Origin: an uncultured Chloroflexia bacterium
GTDB lineage: Bacteria > Chloroflexota > Ktedonobacteria > Ktedonobacterales > JADMIN01
Length of the DNA stretch: 32,000 nt
Direction: 5' to 3'
Assembly: GCA_963718915.1 (NCBI GenBank)
Contig: CAVRAI010000004.1
Span: 660,001 to 692,000, forward strand
In this document: in pieces, positions 25,449 to 32,000 of the stretch
Position numbering within the stretch: the first letter of the stretch is position 1
Layout of the letters: each line of letters opens with the position of its first letter
The notes under the pieces: generated by a model
Database searches by the model: none
Seen by the model: the letters and a program-made list of their open reading frames with translations, nothing else
Told to the model about the DNA's origin: nothing
Position numbers and translations under genes: made by a program

Positions 25449-26445
25449 GCTGTTGTACCATCCTTCGCGCGTATTTCTTCGGGAAGAGCAGAGGGAATCG
25501 CGAAACCAGCCCCGAGAGGCCTGCTGGCTTTTCTGTCGGGATGGACCGCAGGCGAGGATTGACAATGGAGTCTATGCCATAGTTGATGAGCGCCAGAGAG
25601 GTACAGAGCAACGCAATGCAGACACCAGGTGGCACATACCACGCCCAGTAACCACCTAATAACGCATCGTTATTCTGCGCCCAGTACAGCATTGTCCCCC
25701 AGCTCACCTGATTGAGATTGCTCAGGCCCAGAAACTCCAGTGTCGCCTCGGTGAGAATCGCTGAGATGGTGGCAAAGATAAAGTTCGTAGCAATGATAGC
25801 GCCCATATTCGGCACAATCTCAAAAAAGACCAGGCGATAGGTGCTCTCGCCGCCGACGCGCGCCGCCTGTACATAATCACGCTGCCGCAATGTGAGAGTG
25901 ATTGAGCGCATGACTCGTGCGCCCCAGGCCCACCCAGTAATCGTGATCACGACGATAACTGTTCCCGGGCCACGGCCACTGGGGACAAGCGCGGCGAGCA
26001 CGATAATCAGTGGGAGCTGAGGAATCACCAGGAACACGTTCGAAATCAGCGAGAGGAGCTCATCGATCCATCCGCCGAAGTACCCGCCAGTTACGCCAAT
26101 GATGATCGCGACGAGTGTCGTCAACAGGCCGCAGGTGAAGCCGATCAGCACCGATAAGCGCGTGCCGTCGACAAGCTGACGGAAGATATCCTGCCCAATG
26201 GTTGTCGTCCCAAGCCAATGCTGAAGCGAGGGTGGGAGATTGCCAAATCGAGTGGTTGTATTTGGGTCACCAGGCACGAGGAGCGGTCCGATGAGAGCAA
26301 TCACAATGAAGAACGCCAGAATCCCGAATCCCAATCGCATGGCCCCGGATCGAGGCAACGAGAACCGCATGAATCTGGCTTTCTTTTGAGGACGCATGCC
26401 TTTAGAATCGGTAGGCTGAATCTCAACCGAATCGAGTACTGTCAT
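25438..26445 (-). CDS. ABC transporter permease, OppC/DppC type
   Basis: Polytopic membrane protein. The N-terminal anchor followed by LIGPLLVPGDPN, and the binding-protein-dependent transport core (DELLSLISNVFLVIPQLPLIIVLAAL), are typical of DppC/OppC. Confidence 0.88.
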   Translation of the reverse strand: MTVLDSVEIQPTDSKGMRPQKKARFMRFSLPRSGAMRLGFGILAFFIVIALIGPLLVPGDPNTTTRFGNLPPSLQHWLGTTTIGQDIFRQLVDGTRLSVLIGFTCGLLTTLVAIIIGVTGGYFGGWIDELLSLISNVFLVIPQLPLIIVLAALVPSGRGPGTVIVVITITGWAWGARVMRSITLTLRQRDYVQAARVGGESTYRLVFFEIVPNMGAIIATNFIFATISAILTEATLEFLGLSNLNQVSWGTMLYWAQNNDALLGGYWAWYVPPGVCIALLCTSLALINYGIDSIVNPRLRSIPTEKPAGLSGLVSRFPLLFPKKYARRMVQQHGE

Positions 26446-26450
26446 CGCCG

Positions 26451-27437
26451 CTATCTCCTTTCATCCCGCACGCGAGGGTCCAGTATAGCGTAGGCGATAT
26501 CAGCAATAAAGTTGGCTACCAGAACGGCGACCGCGATAAAGAGAAAGATCCCCTGGATCAGTGGATAGTCTTCGTTGAAGACAGCCTGGATACTGAGGAA
26601 GCCAAGTCCAGGGTATGAGAAGACATATTCGATCAGGAACTGCCCGCCGATAATGAAGCCCAGCGCATTCGCGAAGCTGGCGACCTGCGGCAGGATCGCG
26701 TTGCGGGCGGCGTATGTGTACATGATGCGTCGTTGCGGGAGTCCTTTGGCTTCTGCCATCACCACGTGGTCCTCGGCCAGTGTATTGAGCATGGCGTTGC
26801 GCATCCCTACCATCCAGCCGCCGATTGAGACAAGAACAAGCGTCAGCGAGGGTAGGACGGCATGCGAGAGAACGTCCATGTAGTAATTGATGTTCTTGTC
26901 ATTTGGGTCTGTGTCTATGCCTATTGCGCCAAAAACTGGAAACCATTGCAGTTTGAGGCCAATGAAGTAGATAAGCAGTAATCCTACCCAAAACGCTGGA
27001 ATCGACTGGATAAAGACCAGAAGCGGTGGAATGAAGCGATCAACAAATGAGCCACGGCGCCATGCGGCGGCGATTCCGAGCAAGGTGCCCAGGCCCGCGC
27101 TGATAAGCAACGCGACACCAAGTAAATTGATCGTCCAGAAGATGCTGTCGCCCAGCATGCTGGAGACGGTGGCAGGGTAATAGTCAAAGGAAACACCAAG
27201 ATTCCCGTGCATCAGGTTGCCAAGATAGGTGAGATATTGCTGCCAGAGCGGGTCATGACTGAGGCCGAGTTGCGCCCTCAGCGCGTTGACCGCTGCTGGC
27301 GGAAGGCGCCCCTGATTGCGCGCGATGATCGCGTCGATAGGGTCTCCTGGCATCATGCGCGGCAGGAGGAAATTCATGGTAACCGCGACCCAGAGCGCGA
27401 CCAGGTAGAACCCAAGTCGGCGAAGGAAGTACGCCAT
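26451..27437 (-). CDS. ABC transporter permease, OppB/DppB type
   Basis: MAYFLRRLGFYLVALWVAVTMNFLLPRMMPGDP is the canonical DppB/OppB N-terminus. The protein has six TM segments and ends in ILDPRVR. Confidence 0.9.
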   Translation of the reverse strand: MAYFLRRLGFYLVALWVAVTMNFLLPRMMPGDPIDAIIARNQGRLPPAAVNALRAQLGLSHDPLWQQYLTYLGNLMHGNLGVSFDYYPATVSSMLGDSIFWTINLLGVALLISAGLGTLLGIAAAWRRGSFVDRFIPPLLVFIQSIPAFWVGLLLIYFIGLKLQWFPVFGAIGIDTDPNDKNINYYMDVLSHAVLPSLTLVLVSIGGWMVGMRNAMLNTLAEDHVVMAEAKGLPQRRIMYTYAARNAILPQVASFANALGFIIGGQFLIEYVFSYPGLGFLSIQAVFNEDYPLIQGIFLFIAVAVLVANFIADIAYAILDPRVRDERR

Positions 27438-27579
27438 TGTGCTATTCCCCGTTCAAGGCTTCGTGTTGAGGCCCCTAAAGGAACTCCACCTTCGGCAGCA
27501 ATTGCAGTGTGGATGGCCAGCCCGGATGTATGGGCAGGTGGACATGTGGGAATGATACGGAGTATTGCGGTGGAGGAGT

Positions 27580-27606
27580 GGCAGATAACCAGATTGGCTA
27601 TCTGCC
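27580..27606 (-). other. Strong intercistronic stem-loop between the SBP and permease genes
   Basis: The transcript (minus strand) reads GGCAGAUAGCCA-auc-UGGUUAUCUGCC. This is a 12-bp stem (11 Watson-Crick pairs plus one G-U) with a 3-nt loop, 29 nt after the SBP stop, inside a 198-nt spacer. No U-tract follows. Confidence 0.55.
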
Positions 27607-27635
27607 CCCCAATCTCCAGAGTCTCCACTACTCCA

Positions 27636-29348
27636 CTAGTGAGCTGGCGTCAGATGGAGTACAACACGGGCATCTTCAGGATGCTGGTAAGGACTACCCG
27701 CATCGAAGTAGTTGTCCGCTGTTGGCCAGCCGGTAAAGTTCGACGTGCGATACTCGTAGGCGGCGAAGTTTTCGTAGAGGACGATGACCGGTAACTGCGT
27801 GACCATCGCCTGTTCGACAGGCATCAGCGCAGAGGTTTTATCGGCATCGCTCGAAGCCGTCGTAAACTGCTGCAGGCCCGCATCAACGCCGGTATCAGTG
27901 AAGCGCTCCCAGTTCGTGGGATTCGCTTGCTGGCCAGCGGCAGCGGAATTGATGCTATCCAGCAGCGCATAGAGTGGATAGTAGGGGCTTGGTCCCTGAT
28001 TGGTCCAACTGATCGCGGTGTCATACTTGCCCGTTTGCAGGCCGCTGTAATAGTCGGCGAACTGCGTCTGATTGGCCGTGACCGTCAGCCCCATCTGGTT
28101 GAGATTCTGGACGATAATGGCAACGATTTGGTCCCAGTCCGTCCATCCAGAGACGACGTTCACGCTGAATGTGATGGGCTTGCCATCTTTGCCCAGATAC
28201 TTCCCGGAGGAATTCTTCTGGTAGCCAGCATCATCCAAAAGTTTCTGCGCGGCCGCGACGTTGCCAGAAGGCGCATCCGCGGACCCAAACTTCAGGTTCG
28301 CGAACTGTGAGGCGATAAACTTCTGGTTGGCGGGAACCAATACGCCAGTTGGGCTGGCTGGCGAACCCAGACCCCACGAGCCCTGGTTGACGATGCTGTC
28401 GCGATCAATCGCAGCACTCATCGCCTTGCGGAAGGCAAGATCGTTGAAAGGCGCCTTCTGCAGGTTGAGGTACAGCTCGACGACATTCGTCGGCGCATAG
28501 AAATAGTGATTGTTGGCATTCGCCGACGCCCACTGCTTGATATTCGGATAGGCAACACCCGCCCAGTCGATCTGGCTATTGTTGAGAACCACCTCAGCGC
28601 TGGTGTTCGAATCGAAGGCCGGGTATTTCAACGTCTTGATCTTGGGCAGGCCCTTCTGCCAGTACTTGGAATTAGCCGTCAGGGTAATCAATGACGGCGA
28701 GAAGTTCGACAGGACATATGGGCCGGTGCCAACGGGCTGCGAGTTGAGATCCTTGCCTGGATCCGACAGTTTACTGAAGGTGTGCTGCGCCACAATTGGT
28801 GTCTGCGCGGCAAAGAACCACTCGTAGACGGAGGCGTTCTGGTTGAACGTTATGACGACAGTGCTGTCATCAGGCGCGCTCACGGAGTTAAAGAGCGCCT
28901 TACCTGTGGTAGCGTTCGTCGTCCAGAAACCGCTGGTATCCAGTGCGGGATACTGCTTCATCAGATTGAACGTGTAGGCCACATCAGACGCGGTGAACTT
29001 GACGCCATCGCTCCACTGCACGTCAGTACGCAGTTTGAAGGTGATCTGGGTGAAGTCACTATTCCACGTCGCCGATGTAGCCAGCCACGGCTGTGGCGCG
29101 GTTCCGTCGAAGCGATTCTGCGCCATAAGCGGCTCGTAGATCATGCCGAACGAGGAATCATTGGTCGCACCAGTCAACAGGGGATTGAAGTTCGCGGTGA
29201 AGTTGCCCTTGGGCGACGGAACAATAGTGAGTGTGCCTGATGGGCCGCCCTGGCTGTTGCTGCTCCCGCCGCAGGCTGAGAGCACCATAGTCAACAGCAC
29301 GACACCGGCCAATAGCACGGCCATGATGCGACGTTGCGGAGAAACCAT
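27636..29348 (-). CDS. ABC transporter substrate-binding lipoprotein, family 5 (OppA/DppA-like), probably oligosaccharide-binding
   Basis: Signal peptide plus lipobox LLTMVLSAC-GGSS. It is 570 aa with family-5 SBP features (FKLRTDVQWSDGVKFTASDVAYTF, GTGPYVL). AGGAGG lies upstream of the ATG. The genomic context is glycoside hydrolases plus a LacI regulator. Confidence 0.88.
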   Translation of the reverse strand: MVSPQRRIMAVLLAGVVLLTMVLSACGGSSNSQGGPSGTLTIVPSPKGNFTANFNPLLTGATNDSSFGMIYEPLMAQNRFDGTAPQPWLATSATWNSDFTQITFKLRTDVQWSDGVKFTASDVAYTFNLMKQYPALDTSGFWTTNATTGKALFNSVSAPDDSTVVITFNQNASVYEWFFAAQTPIVAQHTFSKLSDPGKDLNSQPVGTGPYVLSNFSPSLITLTANSKYWQKGLPKIKTLKYPAFDSNTSAEVVLNNSQIDWAGVAYPNIKQWASANANNHYFYAPTNVVELYLNLQKAPFNDLAFRKAMSAAIDRDSIVNQGSWGLGSPASPTGVLVPANQKFIASQFANLKFGSADAPSGNVAAAQKLLDDAGYQKNSSGKYLGKDGKPITFSVNVVSGWTDWDQIVAIIVQNLNQMGLTVTANQTQFADYYSGLQTGKYDTAISWTNQGPSPYYPLYALLDSINSAAAGQQANPTNWERFTDTGVDAGLQQFTTASSDADKTSALMPVEQAMVTQLPVIVLYENFAAYEYRTSNFTGWPTADNYFDAGSPYQHPEDARVVLHLTPAH

Positions 29349-29400
29349 CGGTGAGAATCCTCCTAAATTGGACTCTTATCGATCAACTCTGATCTGGCAC

Positions 29401-29420
29401 TTGCGTAACCGGTTACGCAA
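29401..29420. promoter_or_regulatory. Perfect 20-bp palindromic LacI-type operator (TTGCGTAACCGGTTACGCAA)
   Basis: The site is exactly self-complementary around a central CG. It lies between the LacI gene stop (29471) and the SBP start (29348), 53 nt upstream of the SBP ATG. Confidence 0.7.
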
Positions 29421-29470
29421 CCAAACGAAATAGGCGCGCAAAACCTCCTTCTTGATAGTTCGTCCCGGGT

Positions 29471-30568
29471 TTATCCAGCAAGCTCGGATGGCGGATTCTT
29501 AGCGGAAGTGCTGGACGCTCGGACGATAAGGGTCGATGGCAACTGGATGCGGATGGGATCTGGCGCTCGAGGCGGAAGATCCGGAGTAAATGCCCGAATT
29601 GCCTGGAATGACGGCGGAAGACGGGTTCTAGAGGCTTCCAACAATGACAGCAGCAACGAGATGGCCTGTTGTCCCATCTCATAGAAGGGCTGGCGTACGG
29701 TCGTGAGCGGCGGACGCATGTGCGCTGAAGGAGCGATATCGTCGAATCCAGCCAGCGCGAGATCTTCTGGTATGTGTAACCCCAGGTCTTCGGCAGCCTC
29801 CATAACCCCGTAGGCCATCTCATCATTGCCGGCGAAGATGGCGGTTGGCCGCGGTGTCAGCTCCAGCAGCCTGTGCCCGCACGCCAGACCAGTGGGCGGC
29901 TTGAAATCACCCTCCAGCACGAACTCTGGGCGCGGTTCGATACCAGCTTCCTGGAGCGCATCAAAGTAACCTAGCTGGCGGTCATTTGACACTTTGAAGC
30001 TCTTGGGTCCAGAAATATAGGCGATATCTCGATGGCCAACCTCGATCAAGTGCTTAACGACCTGCCGGGCGCCCGCGCGATGGTCGGTACCAACCCAAGG
30101 AAGGGATGAGACCGGACTCTGATCGTCTATGATCACGATGGGGAAACCCTGCTCGTGAAACTCGATCAGATGTTCTTTTGCATTGCCGGGAAATATTGCC
30201 AGCATGCCAGCCGTCATCTTGGAGCTAACGATGCGATCCAGGACAACGCGATGATCCAGCCTCTGGCCCATGGTGTAGAGAACCAGATCGTAGGTGGTCT
30301 GTTCCGCGAAGTCGCCAATCCCCAGCATCAGCTGGGGCATCAAGGGCCACGTCAGTGAGGGAATGAGCACTCCGAGCAAATGCGTGCGTCCGCCTGCCAG
30401 CACAGCGGCAGCAGCATTGGGGACGAAGTCGTGCTCTTCCATGATGTGCAGGATCCGTTTGCGTGTCATCGCATCAACGTCCGGCTTCTGATTGATGACA
30501 CGTGATACCGTTGCCTTCGACACGCCCGCAAGACGAGCGATATCTTGGATGGTAACCCTGTCTGCCAT
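29471..30568 (-). CDS. LacI-family transcriptional regulator
   Basis: ORF 29471..30616. The start is moved to the ATGATG pair at 30571/30568 (GAGGA upstream), giving MADRVTIQDIARLAGVSKATVSRVINQKPDV, followed by a full PBP-like effector domain. Confidence 0.9.
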   Translation of the reverse strand: MADRVTIQDIARLAGVSKATVSRVINQKPDVDAMTRKRILHIMEEHDFVPNAAAAVLAGGRTHLLGVLIPSLTWPLMPQLMLGIGDFAEQTTYDLVLYTMGQRLDHRVVLDRIVSSKMTAGMLAIFPGNAKEHLIEFHEQGFPIVIIDDQSPVSSLPWVGTDHRAGARQVVKHLIEVGHRDIAYISGPKSFKVSNDRQLGYFDALQEAGIEPRPEFVLEGDFKPPTGLACGHRLLELTPRPTAIFAGNDEMAYGVMEAAEDLGLHIPEDLALAGFDDIAPSAHMRPPLTTVRQPFYEMGQQAISLLLSLLEASRTRLPPSFQAIRAFTPDLPPRAPDPIRIQLPSTLIVRASSTSAKNPPSELAG

Positions 30569-30650
30569 CATGATCCTCACGGTTGGGAACGACGCTCCGG
30601 GCGTCCGAACGGACACTGTAAGCGGTATCTGTAAGCGATATCAGTAACGA

Positions 30651-30670
30651 TTACGTGACCGGTTACAAAG
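30651..30670. promoter_or_regulatory. Second, degenerate copy of the operator (TTACGTGACCGGTTACAAAG)
   Basis: 15/20 identical to the palindrome at 29401..29420, and 12/14 in the core CGTNACCGGTTACN. It lies immediately downstream of the -10 of the LacI gene promoter. Confidence 0.55.
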
Positions 30671-30671
30671 C

Positions 30672-30700
30672 AGTGTACTGATTGAGGGCCAGGTTGTCAA
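30672..30700 (-). promoter_or_regulatory. sigma70-like promoter of the second LacI-family gene
   Basis: On the minus strand: TTGACA (30700..30695), 17-nt spacer, TACACT (30677..30672). Confidence 0.55.
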
Positions 30701-30890
30701 GTGGTTACTCAGGAATTGGTCCCATTGCTCTGTCGTGTGAACTTCTCGGCGCAGCGCCAGTTCAAATCCGCGCCTATTCCGTGGGCGCAGACGCCACACA
30801 GACTTGAGATGCAGCCCAGTCAGCGCGCCAGTGACGAGCGATAGTGTCAGATTGTGATGCAGGTGAGACTCATACCATGGACGCCGCGGC

Positions 30891-32000
30891 TCACTGAAGA
30901 TCGAACAGTGATCGTGTGGTTAGCGGTGTGCTGGTGTGGCTTGGGCCGCTTAAGATAATCGGCTCACTCGGAAAAAGATCAAATCCGTTCTCGCTCCAGG
31001 CAATATTCCCCTCACCTTCGAGCCAGACGCTTTTCGCGGGAGTTCGTGTGCGGACGGAAAGATATCCCTCAGGGAGTCGCTCGACGGCAAGTTCGGGATC
31101 GACAAGCGTCAGATATCTGAGTGGCTCTGGCCAGAGTGAGGCGGTCGCACGCACAGCGCCATCTGTGAGGAGACGCGCCTGCAAGACGTGAGTGGCATCA
31201 ACAGCGAGGTCAACGCTCCCAAGGGGCGTGGTCCGGTGCGGAGCGAGCGTAACTGCTAGTTCCTCTTCACCCTCAACCAGCCCCGCAAGTGACCAGCGAC
31301 GGATCTGTACAATTCCGTGTACCTGCTCACTCGTGCTATTCCCTGCCCACAGCGTGCTGGCTGTCTCGGACTCATATCCCATCTCCAGCGCAATTGGGGC
31401 GAGCGCGCGGCGCATAGCGTAATAAGCTAGTTTAGGGAGCACAGCATCATCAATGATGGACCAGCTGATGCTTGGCCAGCAATCGTTGAGCTGCCAGACC
31501 AGCGCTCCGCCACATCCATACTGTCCAGGCCCCTGAAATTGGCGTCGCCACCCACGAACTGCCGCGGCGAGCGCCTCAGCCTGCATAACTTGCGTGGCGT
31601 AGCGATAGTGGTCGATATCCGCCGGTATTCGGACATTCTCATTCAGATACACAGCGAGTCGACGAACTCCGCCCTCAGCTTTGAAATGATAGTCAAGTGT
31701 TTGGCTTCCTGGATAGCACTCCGCTGGGTCTGCCATCGCGGCGAGTGATCTCGCCGATGGTAATGCAACCATGCCAAATTCGCTTACAAAGCGCCCACCG
31801 TTTTGTGGGTAGTCCTGATACGGCAACATGGTTTGATGCCAGATACTCCAGACATGTTGGTCCCCTGCCAGAGGGTCGTTATTATTGTCGGAAGCGCCAC
31901 CATACGGACTGCCGGGCCAGTACACTCTACCGGGATCGAGCCACGCGCACAGCTCTGGCAAGAGTTGTTCATAGATGACGCGCGCGGGGAAGGCATCAGT
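30891..32000 (-). CDS. GH2 glycoside hydrolase, beta-mannosidase-like, C-terminal 370 codons (5' end beyond the right edge)
   Basis: The frame is open from position 32000 (TDAFPARVIYEQLLPELCAW...); the ORF-track 'M' at 31961 is an internal TTG. Motifs are GDQHVWSIWH, the nucleophile region RFVSEFGMVALPS, and GALVWQLNDCWPSISWSIIDDAVLPKLAYY, characteristic of GH2 beta-mannosidases. Confidence 0.85.
   Translation of the reverse strand, partial: TDAFPARVIYEQLLPELCAWLDPGRVYWPGSPYGGASDNNNDPLAGDQHVWSIWHQTMLPYQDYPQNGGRFVSEFGMVALPSARSLAAMADPAECYPGSQTLDYHFKAEGGVRRLAVYLNENVRIPADIDHYRYATQVMQAEALAAAVRGWRRQFQGPGQYGCGGALVWQLNDCWPSISWSIIDDAVLPKLAYYAMRRALAPIALEMGYESETASTLWAGNSTSEQVHGIVQIRRWSLAGLVEGEEELAVTLAPHRTTPLGSVDLAVDATHVLQARLLTDGAVRATASLWPEPLRYLTLVDPELAVERLPEGYLSVRTRTPAKSVWLEGEGNIAWSENGFDLFPSEPIILSGPSHTSTPLTTRSLFDLQ

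Noticed and set aside
30741-30790. tRNA-like T-loop string GTTCAAATCC. Similar GTTCGAAT strings occur inside the SBP gene near 28611.
   Set aside because: The flanking 5-nt segments are not complementary, so no T-stem forms. No acceptor or anticodon arms can be drawn. I found no tRNA in the window.
30701-30890. Possible gene remnant on the minus strand between the GH2 stop and the LacI promoter (open frame reading ...RRGFELALRREVHTTEQWDQFLSNH...).
   Set aside because: It has no start codon or SD, is only about 70 codons long, and resembles nothing I can name. It overlaps the predicted promoter and operator.
1-32000. Whole-window search for a novel multi-gene system (defence island, mobile element, RiPP/BGC, toxin-antitoxin, retron or CRISPR-like RNA).
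   Set aside because: I recognised no integrase, transposase or recombinase, no terminal repeats, no nuclease/NTPase/sensor combinations, and no long non-coding gaps (the largest intergenic region is about 450 nt). Almost all genes have ordinary metabolic or housekeeping assignments. I prefer to report none over forcing one.

Overview
GC-rich bacterial chromosomal window. The taxon cannot be established from the sequence alone. All protein identifications come from motifs I recognise by eye; no database search was run. I support about 27 protein-coding genes. I saw no rRNA, tRNA, CRISPR array, transposase, integrase or phage genes. The window has three blocks. (i) 1-10189: a LacI-family regulator (partial, minus strand) sits divergent from an alpha/beta-hydrolase plus CrtI-like FAD oxidoreductase pair. 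These are followed by a Liv/HAAT-type ABC transporter and a creatinase-like M24 protein. Three sigma70-like promoters with identical architecture carry the same operator motif. The transporter SBP and permease genes carry a tight cluster of reading-frame disruptions. (ii) 10345-20529: mixed housekeeping genes. These are ComEC (with a degenerate metallo-beta-lactamase motif), a small hypothetical, a zinc-ribbon membrane protein, a SAM methyltransferase, an S11 DD-carboxypeptidase, an FchA-like cyclohydrolase translationally coupled to FolD, endonuclease III, a small membrane protein and a phosphoribosyltransferase. The FolD homologue lacks the conserved cyclohydrolase lysine. (iii) 20695-32000: a minus-strand beta-glycoside utilisation locus. 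It holds a GH2 beta-mannosidase-like gene (partial), a LacI regulator, an Opp/Dpp-type ABC transporter, a GH1 beta-glucosidase and a BadF-type sugar kinase. A perfect 20-bp palindromic operator and a second degenerate copy are present. I did not find a convincing novel defence, mobile or RNA-based system. The most interesting signals are the FolD/FchA split, the two LacI regulons readable directly from the DNA, the clustered frame disruptions, and several enzymes with substituted catalytic motifs.
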